A stretch of 64,000 bases of DNA from contig NW_024704743.1 of NCBI RefSeq assembly GCF_018977255.1, positions 13,580,001 to 13,644,000 of the forward strand, written 5' to 3'. Below are positions 1 through 12,591 of the stretch, piece by piece (positions within the stretch are counted from its first letter, which is position 1; the number at the start of each line of letters is the position of its first letter). The stretch is from Callorhinchus milii. Its lineage: Eukaryota. The notes beneath the pieces are model-generated. The model did not search any database and was not told the origin of the DNA. It saw only the letters and a list, made by a program, of their open reading frames with translations. Both the position numbers and the translations under genes were made by a program.

Positions 1-204
1 ATCTTTGTGAAAGGATATTCCTGAAACAATTATTTTGTGTTTCCAATGTGTTCATTTGTGTTTTTTTAGGTTTGCGACTGAAGTTTGTAATTGCTGGGGG
101 TACTCTGTTCAAAATATAAATGTGTGAGATGTTTTGGCATACATACTTCTCTGGTAATTACTGCATGTTCCAGCACTTTGCTCATACGCAATAACTTGCG
201 TTTG

Positions 205-512
205 TCCGGTAGCATAGTGGTTAGCGTGCTTGTTTCACAATTGAGAGGATCTGGGTTCGATCCCCGGTCAGGGTGAAACCTTAGGCAAATTTGCTTATTC
301 CACACGTCTCTGTCTATTTAGCAATAGTCGTTAGTCAATAATACCCCCCCCCAAAAAAAAACATCGCCCACTGTTTGTGGGACTCTTGTCATGCGCAATT
401 GGCTGAGACGATTCGCCCACAAATACAGTCGATTCACTTTGAAGCATATTCTGTGAACCACTTTGAGATCTCAACGATGTGATAAGGCAATATATCAAAT
501 GCAAGGATTATT
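205..512 (+). mobile_element. Diverged SINE, same family
   Basis: TAGCATAGTGGTTAGC, GGTTCGATCCC, core and tail TATCAAATGCAAGGATTATT. Confidence 0.85.
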
Positions 513-999
513 CTAGTGTCCTTCATGCGGGGCAGCATCGCGGAGCGCTTAACAATGGCGGAGACTGGATCAATTTTGGATCTGTTGACCAACAGGTATA
601 TAATTTTTAAACTATAATATGTTGCAGAATTAAAAGCAGTTTACTCCACCCTCCCCCAACAATTTGCTTATGATGGGCTTATACCACTTAGGTGTCCACA
701 GACTGACTTGAATTGACTACAGAATACCAATATTTTTAATTATATAATGTACTTGCAGAATAAAACCCAGTTTATGTTTTTTCCCCCCCACACAGTTTAT
801 TTATGATAGGTTTTTAGCACTCAGGAGACCACAGACTGGCTTGACTGTTCAGTACAGAACCAAAATTACAAGCAATGGATGAATTTTTAGGTTCATACTA
901 ATAATTCTTGAAATTGACAATGTTAATTGTTTTATTGAGTAGTGGCAATTTGTAGACAAATGCAGCAAGTAAGTTGTGAACAACAAAAGACACAAAATT

Positions 1000-1317
1000 A
1001 ATAATAATAATAATCCTAGCATTTGATATAGCGCTTTTCACGTCGGGAGGACGTCCCAAAGCGCTTCACAGAACACACTGTAAAGTGAATTGACTGTATA
1101 TTTGTGGGCGAAAGCGGCAGCCAATTGCGCACAGCAATGTCCCACAAACAGTCGTAGATTGAAAATGACCAATTTAATTATTGTTTTTGGTTTTGGAGGG
1201 ATTATTATTAGGCTCTGTGTGGAGTAAGAAACTTGCCCAAGGTTTCGCCCTGACCTGCCTGGAATTGAACTCAGGTCTCTCGCTTGCAAAGCGAGTGCTC
1301 TAACCACTGAGCTACAG
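1000..1317 (-). mobile_element. Full-length SINE, same family
   Basis: Reverse complement of 46172-46494 with few differences. Confidence 0.92.
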
Positions 1318-1464
1318 TGACTTGAGTTATGTGGAGGACTATTGGAACTGGGAAACTCTTTCAAATTTTTGAGATTCAGCTATATGAAGCACTTTGGACA
1401 TCCTCCTGATGTGAAAGAACACAATTTAAATTGTATATTGTGTCCAACTGAAAGATCAGCATCT

Positions 1465-1745
1465 CAGTCAGGATATTAGATCCTGTATGAAAGCTAATTT
1501 TGTCCAGTTGAATGTCAAGACTGAAGCCCTCCTTGGCTCTCGTCCACCCGCCCCACCATTGGTAGACCTTCTGCCACCCTCAGGAACTCCATCCCACAGT
1601 CCCTCCGCTTCACCCCCTCCCTTGAAGACCCATCTCAAGACCCTCCTCTTCAACCGTGTTTTCGATCTCTCTGCTTCCCCCACCCGCACTCCACCCTGCC
1701 CAATCCCGACCAGATTCTTCAGAACCCTGCAGCGTGTGTCCTCTC
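1465..1745 (+). mobile_element. Degraded L2 3' fragment
   Basis: MKANFVQLNVKTEALL and LKTHLKTLLFNRVF remnants. Confidence 0.75.
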
Positions 1746-1752
1746 CCATGCT

Positions 1753-4102
1753 ACAACAACAAGATTCCATTTATAGAGCACCTTTCACGTAGGGAGGACA
1801 TCCCAAGGCGCTGGACAGTTGGGTCAGGACCCGAGCAGGGGGGTAATTGTCGGGGAGGGAAGGGAGGGAGCGAGGAGGGGGGAAATTGTCGGGGAGGGAG
1901 CGAGGAGGGGGGAAATGGGCAGGGGGAGGGAAGGGAGGGAGCGAGGAGGGGGTAGAGAGTTGAGAGGGGAGCTGAAGGCTCGGTCAAAGAGAAAGGTCTT
2001 GAGACCGGCCTTGAAGGAGGAAAGGGAGGATGCGGCGAAGGCACTGGGGGATAGCGTTCCAGACCCTCGGGGCTGAGAGGCTGAAGGCCCGACCACCGAT
2101 GGTAGGGCGGTTGGGGCGGGGGATGTGGAGCAGACCGGAGCCAGAGGAACGGAGGGTACGGGCAGGTAGGTAGGGGGATAGTAGGTCGGAGAGGTAGGAG
2201 GGAGCAAGGCCGTGAATGGCCTTGTAGGTGAGGATGAGGATCTTGAATTCGATCCTCTGGGGGATGGGGAGCCAGTGGAGGCGAGCGAGGGTGGGAGTGA
2301 TGTGGTCGTGAAGCCTGGTGCGGGACAGTACACGAGCTGCAGAGTTCTGAATGACCTGCAGCTTGTGGAGGGAGGTGGCGGGAAGGCCGGTGAGGACAGA
2401 GTTCCCATAGTCCAGCCTTGAGGTGACAAAGGCGTGGACCACAGTTTCAGCCGCGTGAGGGGTGAGGTAGTGCCGTAGTCTGGTGATGTTCCGGAGGTGA
2501 TGGAAGGCGGTGCCAGTTGTGGTGCGGATATGAGGGAGAAAGGACAGCTCAGGGTCGAACAGAACACCGAGGTTCCTGACTGGCTTTGAGAGGTGGAGAG
2601 TGCAGCCTTGGATGCTGATGCTGTCAGCGCCTGAGGTGCGGAGGCGCTGACGTGAGCCAATCAGGAGGGCCTCAGTTTTCGCACGTTGAGCTGAAGAAAG
2701 TTGTCTCTCGTCCAGGACTCGATGTCGGACAGGCAGCTGTCAGGACATCGGTGGTCGTGGAGTTGAGGGTAGAGGAGGAAAGGTAGAGTTGGGTGTCATC
2801 CGCATACATGTGGAAGTTAACCCCATGTCTGCGGATGATGTCACCAAGGGGGAGCATATAGAGGGTGAAGAGGAGGGGACCGAGGACAGAGCCCTGAGGG
2901 ACACCGCACGAGACAGTGCGGGGGGTGGAGGAAAAGCCATTCGTGGAAACAAAGTGAAGACGGTGGGAGAGGTACGACCTAAACCACTCAAGGACAGGGC
3001 CTTGAAGGTTGAGGTGGGAGGACAAGCGGTGGAGGAGGATAGCGTGGTCGACCGTATCGAATGCTGCCGATAGGTCGAGGAGGACGAGGAGGCAGAGGGA
3101 GCCCTGGTCACAGATGGTCAGGATGTCATTGGTGACCTTGACCAGGGCAGTTTCTGTGCTATGGGCAGCACGGAAACCCGACTGAAGGGGTTCAAATAAT
3201 GAATGGGTGGAGAGGAAAGAGCGCAGCTGGGAGGCGACAACTCGTTCCAGGACCTTGGACAGGAAGGGGAGGTTGGAGATGGGCCGGTAGCTTGATAGCT
3301 GCGACGCATCAAGGGAGGGTTTTTTCAAGGTGGGAGTGATGGTGGCAGTTTTTAAGGGAATGGGAACAGAGCCAGAGGAGAGGGACAGGTTGATGATGTC
3401 TGTGATATGTGGGGCAAGGAGGTGGAGCTGGGAGATAAGGAGTGGAGTGGGGATGGGGTCAAGGGAGCAGGTGGTGGTTTCAGGGATAGGATGAGTTTGG
3501 TGACAGAGGGTGGGGAAACGGGTACGAAAGTGTGTAGGGGAGGATGGGTAGGAGTCGGAGTGTGGGAGGGAGGGGTGGGGGGTGGGTGGATGTTGGAAGG
3601 GGAAGTGACCGCGGAGCGAATTCCCTTGATTTTGGATTCAAGGAAATCCAGCATCTCCTCGCAGTGAAGGTTGGAGGAGATGACCTGCGCGGGGTGCCGG
3701 GGGGGGACGGAGGAGTCGGGATGTGGTAGAAAACAGAAGCCTGGGGTTGTTCTTCGACTCCAGGATTATCCTGGAGTAGAAGGACGACTTGGCCGAGGCT
3801 AGAGTGGAGCGGTAGATTTTGAGGAGGTCCAGCCAGATTTGTTGGTGGACCGTTAGGCCAGATTTGACACAGGTGCGTTCAGCGGCCCGCAACTGGCTCT
3901 TCAGTGAGCGGAGGTGGGTGGTGAACCAGAGGGAGGAGCGAGAGTAGGAGACAGTACGGGAGGTGATGGGGGCAAGAGTATCGAGTGTGGAGGAAAGGGT
4001 GTTGTGGAGGAGGGTGAGAGGAGAAGAGCGGTCAGTGAGGGTTGAAGGCCAGAGGGAGAGGAGTTCAGAGGACTCCAAGGCAGCGGTTAGGGATTGTGGG
4101 GT
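1753..4102 (-). mobile_element. L2-clade LINE, 5'-truncated, RT-containing ORF2 broken by frameshifts
   Basis: ORFs 3638..4078, 3352..3654, 2672..3328 ([48 protein letters not shown]) and 1984..2442 (SRLDYGN, LHWLP, RAFSLSAPRVWN); (TTG)n 3' tail at ~1753. Confidence 0.93.
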
Positions 4103-4107
4103 AACTT

Positions 4108-4425
4108 CTGCTTCCCCTGGTTGGAGAATCTATAACCAGGGGTCACAATCTTAAAATTAAGCCTTTTAGAACAGAGTTGAGGAAACATTTCTTCACTCAG
4201 AGGGTGGTGAATTTATGGAATTCACTACCCCAGAAGGCTGTAGATGCTCAGTCCTTGAACATCTTCAAGGCTGAGACTGATAGATTTTTTAAAAAAAATA
4301 GAGATTAGAGGATATGGGGATAGGGCAGATAATTAGTTAGGTCTGAAGATCAGCCATGATCTTATCGAATGGCGGGGCAGGCTCGAGGGGCCGAATGGCC
4401 TACTCCTGCTCCTAATTCTTATGTT
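4108..4425 (+). mobile_element. CR1 LINE 3' end
   Basis: RGH-LK, FFTQRVVNLWNSLP remnant; tail GGCCGAATGGCCTACTCCTGCTCCTAATTCTTATG; near-identical inverted copy at 60580-60900. Confidence 0.85.
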
Positions 4426-4429
4426 ATTT

Positions 4430-4960
4430 TCTAATTTACCCACTTCCCTTGCCATCCACTCGTCTTGACTCCAGCCCGCAGCTCAGGTACAAACCCTTCA
4501 CTGTCCAGTGCCTGGGGACCTCCTCCTGATGTGAAAGGCACCATATAAATAGTTTGTTGATGGTTGCGTTGATGTCTGACAGGCAGGCCATCAGTACCTC
4601 AGTGATACTGTCGTCAAGGTGGACAAAGGGTGGGAGTCATTCACACATACATGTAGATCTCATACCTGTAGATAATTGCACCAAGGGCTCATATGTAGAT
4701 GAGGAATAGAAGAATTGAGGTTAGAGGAACCCATATGAGGAAAAGCAGTTAGAAAAGACAATGACCTTGAGACACAAATGAAACTAGGATAACGCAGAGG
4801 TGGAGGTAGATTATGAGAACGAGAAGGATGTACTGGTCAATAACATCAAAAGGAGCAGCGATAGAGGACAAGGATCTCTGGTCACAAATAGAAAATGTTG
4901 TTTGTGACTTCTACCAGGCTATTTTAGTGCTGTGGACTGGGCAGAAGTCAGAAACACTGG
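4430..4960. mobile_element. L2 3' tail (+) followed by an old L2 RT relic (-)
   Basis: L2 tail motif GACCTCCTCCTGATGTGAAAGGC at ~4517; 4570-4950 resembles the L2 RT at 2730-3180. Confidence 0.6.
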
Positions 4961-5292
4961 AAACCACATGAAACAGCAAGTATAGACTTTGTTAAAATAT
5001 TAATAATAATCCTTGCATTTGATTATGGCACCTGATCATGTCATTGAAACATCTCAAAGTGCTTCACAGAATATACTGTAAAGTGTAGTGACTGTGCGAA
5101 ACACGACAGCCAATTGCATACAGTGTCCCACAAACAGTCGTGGATTGAGTGACCAAATTATTATGATGGCTGTTTTGAAGGGGTGGCAGAGGAGAAAGGT
5201 TGATCATGTCTACCAGCTGGGGAGTGGAGGGAAGTAGATGGGTGGACAGGAATAATGTGGGAATTGGGTCAGGGGAGCATGTGGGAGATTAA

Positions 5293-5358
5293 GTGAAGGG
5301 AAGGGTGTGTGAAGGGAAGGGTGTGTGAAGGGAAGGGTGTGTGAAGGGAAGGATGTGA
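5293..5358. repeat. 16-bp tandem repeat GTGAAGGGAAGGGTGT x4
   Basis: Direct reading. Confidence 0.85.
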
Positions 5359-7139
5359 GGGTGTAGGAAGCAAAGGCAGTTGAGCAGATTTCATTGATGT
5401 GACACCAGGAAGTCCCTTTAACCCTAATCTGCTTCCGGTCCTTCAGCAATCTTATCTCTCCTGTCAAATTCCCCTCAACATGTGCCTTAGTTTTTACAAA
5501 CGTCCTACACAGCAACGTATGAAAGCATTACAAAAATCCAACAGGCATCCATACACATAACATTCATTGCCTTTATCCATGGTTATTTCCTCAAGAATAT
5601 TAAATGAACAGGAGTAACTAATTCTGCATTTTACAACTTAATGCTGGCATTTAAACCCCTAACAATTTGGAAATGTTGATTCATTATGGACTCAAAGGTT
5701 GCACAGAACCAATGTGAGGCTAATTGGTCTGTAGTTTCACAGCTTATCCCCCTCCTCCATCAAGGGTATTACATTCTCCACAATTGTTGTCTGTTACAAT
5801 CATTGTTTCTAAGGAGGTTTGAAAAATTATGGCTGGTGACCAGATTCTCTTCCGATATCCCTCAATATTTGAACCTTTCTAATATCTTCACTCACTCCTA
5901 CTCACTGGATTTTCAAAAGAACAATTTTAGGAATCATACAAATAGCATCTCCATGTCAGTTTGTTTCTTATTTCATGGAGATGAAATCTCCACATCAGTT
6001 TTATTATGGAAACTTTTTCTTTTTAAACATTGAAATGGAAATCTTAATTGTCAAACTTGTTCAAGCAACCACTTCCATTCAACATCCACACTGTTAATCA
6101 CCCTGGATCAGCCCAGTTTGAACAAAAATAAACTCTTACTCTGAGACCACACTTAGATAAAGGCCACTGAGGTTGTTGAAGACAGATTTGACTGTATTTT
6201 AAAATTCAGAGACAGAACAATGTAAAAATATTCAAAACATTTATATTCTCAATTGCACATTGCAGAATAAACTAATTCATTGGGACCCATCTACAATGGA
6301 ATATATTGCATGAAAATATCCAATAAATCACAAATCTTTACATAATCGTCTATATACAATAGAAGCAGATGCATTTTGAAGATAAACCAGATAGGATTCA
6401 CTGGTAATACTGACTGCATCTTATTTCAGATTCGTCACTCAAGTTATCAGTTAAGCAACTGATCTTCATAACCTACCCTCTCACATTTTAAACGGAGAAA
6501 ACCAATGAAAGAAATTCCAGTTAAGTCACAATGGTAAGCAATACTACACACAACAGAATTTTAAAGCTGCAAAGAATTCCACCTCCAGTTGAAAACTACA
6601 GGTTATCATTAGGTCCCATCAATTACCCGTCACCATCCTCCTTGCACAGATATTTTATATCATGTGCCTGATAAAACCGATCTTTTCACAGAAGCGAGAT
6701 TGTGAAATATGATAAAATATTCCTGGATAGGTCTCACAATTCTTATCCTAGAATATTCATCTGAAAAATATATTTAAATAACAGCTGACTGACATAGCAA
6801 TCGTGTTTGCTCTCGGGATTATCAAATTCACTTAACAAGCGCTGAGGTCTGGGAGCTAAGACTCCATTGACATGTCACATGCCGACACTTAACCTTACAA
6901 ATGCAAAGGTGATGACTTGATTAGTAGGCCAGGTGTTAAGTGAGAAGTATTTTTTGCAACTTATGATGCATTTTTCAACTCAATACTTTTAAGGCCACTG
7001 TTGGACTTCATCCTGGTGCATTTTAAAAAACAAATTTGGAATCAAAATATTTTTTTCATATTAGGGATGCAAACATTGCTGTTTTGACTAGCAAATAAAC
7101 ACCAACAATTTGAATAGATTTAAATCTTTAATAGCTGAT

Positions 7140-8266
7140 TAATTATGGTTTGATACATTTTTTTATTGCAGTATAGTACTCACTCAAGCACTGCTTAAAA
7201 TGCAGAGTGTACAAAGTTTAAATTAAGACATTGCAGATTTTGACTAAATATTTGGTTTAATATAAATAATGCCAATACCACACAATGTGTTGACAGGTAC
7301 TTAACACTGTTATTTTACAATGGTTAGAATGGTGGGTGTAGAATTTATTCCTCTGCATTTAAACAATGTTCTGGGGGGGGGGAATAAACATTTGAAGATT
7401 TGAGAGCATGTGCACACAGAGACAACCCGAAAAAAAACCTTCCGGGACCAACAACCTACAATTGTGTAATGGATGTTGAAACTGTCCATTCAGCTCCTGA
7501 GTAATAAAGGTTTACAGTACTCTTGCAGGAAAATATCCTCTCTCTCCCTCCCTTCATCCATACTGAAAAATGTACCAAAATTACTCAAGCTTTTTTAAAA
7601 AAAACCTTTTTTGTAGATGCACATCAGAGGAGGGATGGAAAGTCTTTCTCCAGTTTGTATTTTACATTGTATTCTACATGCTTACCATTGAAGACACACT
7701 CATACAACAGCAATTTTAATTTTGGTTCATCACAAAAGATACATTTTAATAAAGTACAAAAAAACCTAGTTTTTTTGGTTTTAATCTGTAACTAAATACT
7801 TTTATTCACACATTCTCATTTTTTTATAATTAAAATTTTTTTATTTGCATTTTCAGTCAATTAAGCCAATTTCTTCCAAATCTTTTATAGTGAATGACAT
7901 TGTCCCATAAACTGGATCATTTATTTCAGCTGAAGCCTCAATCAGCCCACCTCAGATGAAAACCTTGGACAAGTTTTGAGGAATAAAAAAAGGAAGCAGT
8001 TATGATCCATTAAACCGATATACAACTTCTCCAGACATTGCTATAAAAAAAACTTAATGCAGAACGTGTCGATGAACTGTGCATATAAGAAGTTAGAAAA
8101 CAGCTGGACCATGCTGTAAACTAGGAAGCAGAAAGAGAGTGACATTTAGGACTTGTCCTCAGTAGATCACTATAAATTAAAAGTCAGTTTTGATTCAGCA
8201 GATCTTGTGCTGAATGCTGTCACTAATGTTAAGGTAGCTCAGGAGATAAGCTGTACAAATGCATAG
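7140..8266 (-). other. RANBP9: Probable RANBP9 3'UTR
   Basis: AU-rich, transposon-free sequence after the stop codon, with several minus-strand AATAAA (7840-7845, 7801-7806, 7344-7349, 7162-7167). The true 3' end cannot be read from DNA alone. Confidence 0.65.
7162..7167 (-). terminator. Candidate main polyadenylation signal AATAAA
   Basis: Minus strand TGCAATAAAAAAA, with TGTA upstream (~7209-7212) and a GT/T-rich tract (TTGTTGGTGTTTATTTG) downstream near 7092-7110. Confidence 0.5.
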
Positions 8267-8397
8267 CTAGTGCAAATATTCTCCAACTGTGGCAAACGCA
8301 CATGAACCTATTCCCAATCGAGCCATCAACTCCAGACACTTTGAGGCCTGTCCAATGGCAAGGGCCAGCGGTGGTTGCTTTGGCAAATTGTGAGACT
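8267..8397 (-). CDS. RANBP9: RANBP9 exon 14 coding part ([43 protein letters not shown])
   Basis: 131 nt; acceptor TTTCAG|AG; TAG stop at 8269-8267. Confidence 0.96.
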
Positions 8398-8710
8398 CTG
8401 AAATGATATAAAACAGACAATGAGAAAAATCAAATTAAACAGTAATTGAAAACTAACAAAACATGTAATTTCCAAACACTGCTAAATACTTTTTAAACTG
8501 AAGTAGAGAAGCCCTCTTGCTTTGAACAGTAAAAGCTCACTCTCATACTAGCTCACAAAAGTTCTATATTGTTTGGTGTATTTAGGTTCTGAACTATTTG
8601 AGAATCAACACTTAGCTGAAGGAATTATGGGCAAACCATTCAACAATTCAACAACAACTTGCATTTATTATGCATCTATAACACCCTTCACGCAAGGCAG
8701 CAACTTAATT

Positions 8711-9292
8711 GGAGTCCGCAGGAGTCCTACAGCTCAGTAGTTAGAGCACTCGCCTCGCAAGCGAGAGACCTGGGTTCGATTCCCAGCAGGGTGAAATGTT
8801 GGGCAAGTTTGCTTACTCTGTTAGCTAGCAGTAAGTAGAGACCCGGTTGTTAGTCGATTGGCGGATCACTTCTCTGGGGAAAATAATCCCTCAAAAAAAA
8901 TAATAATTTGGCACTCAATCCACAACTGTTTGTGGGACCATTTGAAATGCACAGCAACCATACAGCCAATCATGGGGCTTTACAAGCAAGATATACAGGT
9001 TGGGACTTGGGATTAGAGTAACTGAAGGTCGAGAAAGAGTACGGAAAAGGAACGTCACAAGTTGGGCAAGTTTCCTTACTCCACATGCCTGTGTGGAGTA
9101 AGGAAACTCTCAAGAAATAAACAATTTAGTAACTCAATCCACGGCTGTTTGTGGGACACTACTGTGCGCAATTGGCTGCCACATTTTGCCCACAAATATA
9201 TAGTTAATTCACTTTACTGAATATTCTGTGAAGCGTTTTGAGACGTCTAGAATACGTAAAAAATGCTGTATCAAATGCATGGATTATTATAT
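8711..9292 (+). mobile_element. Two adjacent SINE pieces (head and body 8711-8945; body and tail 9061-9292)
   Basis: Matches the family consensus. Confidence 0.85.
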
Positions 9293-9380
9293 ATTAATTA
9301 ATCTACATAATCTGAACATATGCTCTCAGGCTGGCAAGGACTAACTGTGAGTGCCCTCGGAACCTGTGTCGGGTCCCCTG

Positions 9381-9430
9381 ATATATATATATATATATAT
9401 ATTATCTCTCTCTCTCTCTATATATATATT
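9381..9430. repeat. Compound (AT)n(CT)n(AT)n microsatellite
   Basis: Direct reading. Confidence 0.85.
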
Positions 9431-9850
9431 TACATAGAGTATAATTGTCATGTTTACAATTATGTGTGTGTGTGGGGAGGGTTCATGTAAAATTTTTGGT
9501 TAATAAAAAAAATTCCCCTGGGAACACAAGCCAGGGCAGGGGAGAGGAAGAATCAAAGCAAATTGAAGACTCAAACCTTATAATAGCTTGTAACATTCAC
9601 TGCCTCCTCAAATGAGAGAAAGAAATCTCAGAAAGGAAATGTTATTTTGCTGGTCATCAATGGAAATGGAATTATTCTTTTTTGATGTTTTTAAATCCTA
9701 TTCACAAATAGCAAAATCTTAATTCTTAAAATGTAACAACTGAGCTGGAAAGAATTAGTAACATATTCATTTTCTCTGCTGTAATCTAATACTCATGATG
9801 CAAACAGTTTTAAGAAAAGGTGGTCATGTAAATGTACCAGTTATATTTAC

Positions 9851-9962
9851 CTAATATAGCACTATTCAATGCAGAACAAACTGGTTCTCTTTGTACTACG
9901 TCAAGCTGATATCCAACTGGACTGTTCCATGGATCTGAATAGGCAAGAAGACTAAATGCATC
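9851..9962 (-). CDS. RANBP9: RANBP9 exon 13 ([37 protein letters not shown]), CRA
   Basis: 112 nt, read manually; acceptor TTCAG|GAT, donor TAG|GTAAA. Confidence 0.96.
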
Positions 9963-10610
9963 CTGAATGGAAAAAAAAGATAAACTTTAGTCCTTCCACA
10001 CAGTAAAATATCAAGCTACCTACCCCTCAGCATAAAAATTGAAAATCAATTATTTCGAGCATCTAAGAAATTATTAACCCGAGATTTGATTTTGCCAATT
10101 CCCAACATAACACTGAAAACACAACAGCTTCTGTACAGCTCTAATGTCACAGAGACCAGGAGTTATAATCAAAAGAGAATTCAAATTTATTCAGTCTTGC
10201 TGTCTGACATTTCATCTAAGCGCTCGGTTTTCTTGCTAATCACTGTACGAGAGGACAATACATGGTACAGACATTTGTGGAAAGGAAGATGAAGTAGAAC
10301 ACTGGGAGAGATGGTGGGAAAAGCATTCTCCCCTTCACATCTGGGATTGTTGGCTCCGTACTGACTAACATGATGAATTCCTCCCGTTTGTGATGTTATG
10401 ATCTTACAAGAATCAATGTGCCTCGATCCAGGTCCAAGGCCAAAGACAGTTGATGTCATACCCTTTTATACTTAAATATAGAAAAGAAAAAAATTCTCAT
10501 ATTGAAATGTTGGCAACAAGCTCCTCGGCTGTTGTAAAACACACATATAATACGACTTCTTTTAGAACTGATCCCGCACTGTTTCCTTGATTATTTTCTG
10601 GAGTATTTCA

Positions 10611-10877
<267 letters not shown>

Positions 10878-11494
10878 TTAAACTGCATTGTTACACTGGA
10901 AAAAATACACCAAAACAACACTCAGTCTTGGAAAAAAACTGAAAAATCTGAGTCAGCAAGCCAGCAACCAAACTAAAACAGGTTGAGTGCCTCAGATTGT
11001 TTAGATAGAAATACACATATTGCAACAAAATCCAAAATTGAACTGTTGTTTTTTAGGTCAATTCAATTCAATCTTTTCCTCCGCGCTAAAACACTAAATT
11101 AAGTGTTATTTGCCTAATTTAAATAGGCTATTAAAATGCGATAAGGAGATACAAAATGTATTCTGCAGGTTCCAATACAGATCCATGTAAAATGCAGTCA
11201 GTTACTTCTTATACATGGGATTTGATGTTTCTACGGAACTCAGTAGACTCCACAGTGAGCCACAACCATCCCAAGCCCGATAAACATTGTAGCACAGGGA
11301 AAAAAAATTAACCATCTTTAGAAAACACACTAGTATCAAATGAATTCTTCACACATCAATTTCAATATAATTGGGATACAATTGCATAATTACCATAGAT
11401 ATTCTCTGCCTTAACTAAGTTCTCTTCCACCTTCTGAATGATATTAACACCCAAAAGTGGCTAAACTTGTTGCAAACCGCTGTCTGTCCAGCTC

Positions 11495-11887
11495 AACTCG
11501 CATCGTTGAGTCAGAAAGTTGTGAGTTCAAGCCCCACCTCAGGACTTGGAGCTTAACGTCTTGATTGACATTCCAATGCAGTGCCAGGAGAGTGCAGTGC
11601 AGTGCCATCTTTCAGTTAGGATATTAAACCCCAGCACCCATCTGGCTGTTCAAGTGGACCGTAAACATCCTGTGTCATTTATTGAAAACAAAAGGGAGTT
11701 TCTCTGGATGTCCAGGCCTCCAGATAAAATTGTGTATTCATTTTTGTTTGTAGGACGCTGCTGTGGACAAGTTGCCTGCCACGTTCAGCTATAAATATGT
11801 AGCTTACACTTTGTATAGAAAATCTCTGATGCGTTTAAGACGTTTCAAAACAATAAGGCTCTATATCAAATGTAAGGATTATTATTT
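11495..11887 (+). mobile_element. Older DeuSINE (SacSINE1-like) copy
   Basis: GAGTCAGAAAGTTGTGAGTTCAAGCCCCAC head, GTGCCATCTTTCAGTTAGGATATTAAACC core, shared tail. Family name from recall. Confidence 0.65.
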
Positions 11888-12209
11888 AGAATTCCCACTT
11901 TTGAGCCTACAGTTTTCAACCTTTACAGGTAATAGATTTAAGTAGGTTATTCAAGTCCATTAAAGTGACATTGAGAAGCCCCAGTCGAGATCCCAACCTT
12001 TCACATGAGCGGCACAAGAACATGAAGTGTCCAGTAGCTAACTTTACAGGCTACTCCTGCCTGAGTTAGTTGCTGATTGTTTTGGACCCTGCTGCACAGG
12101 TGCATGGAATACCAGCCTCACTGTTGAGCATCTGAAACACAGCCTTATGAAGCAGGAATTCAGGGGTTGGCAGCTCAACAATTTTGGGTCAGGTTTAGGC
12201 GCTACCTTT

Positions 12210-12547
12210 ATAATAATACTTGCATTTGATATAGCGCTTTTCACATCTTCTTGTCGTCTCAAAGCGCGTCACAGAATAGACTGTAAAGTGAATTGACTGT
12301 ATATTTGTGGGCGAAACGCGGCAGCCAATTGCGCACAGCAGTGACCCACAAACAGTCGTGGATTGAAAATGACCATTTATTATTGTTTTGTTTCGGAGGG
12401 ATTATTATCAGGGTGTGGAGTAAGGAAATTTGCCCAAGGTTTCGCCCTGCCTGGAATTGAACCCAGGTGTCTCGCATTTTGAGATGTCGAGAAGACATGA
12501 AAAGCGCTATATCAAATGCAAGGATTATTATTATTATTGTTATTATT
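12210..12547 (-). mobile_element. SINE with 5' end replaced by an inverted SINE tail
   Basis: Minus-strand SINE 12210-12476, then plus-strand tail 12478-12547. Confidence 0.85.
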
Positions 12548-12591
12548 CCAAGATCTGCTTCAAGTCCTATTTCAGACGTAAGTAATCTTAC

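Noticed and set aside
50..130. Acceptor-like TTTTTTTAG|GTTTG on the plus strand, a possible last exon of a convergent neighbour such as NOL7 or SIRT5
   Set aside because: None of the three frames matches a protein I recognise.
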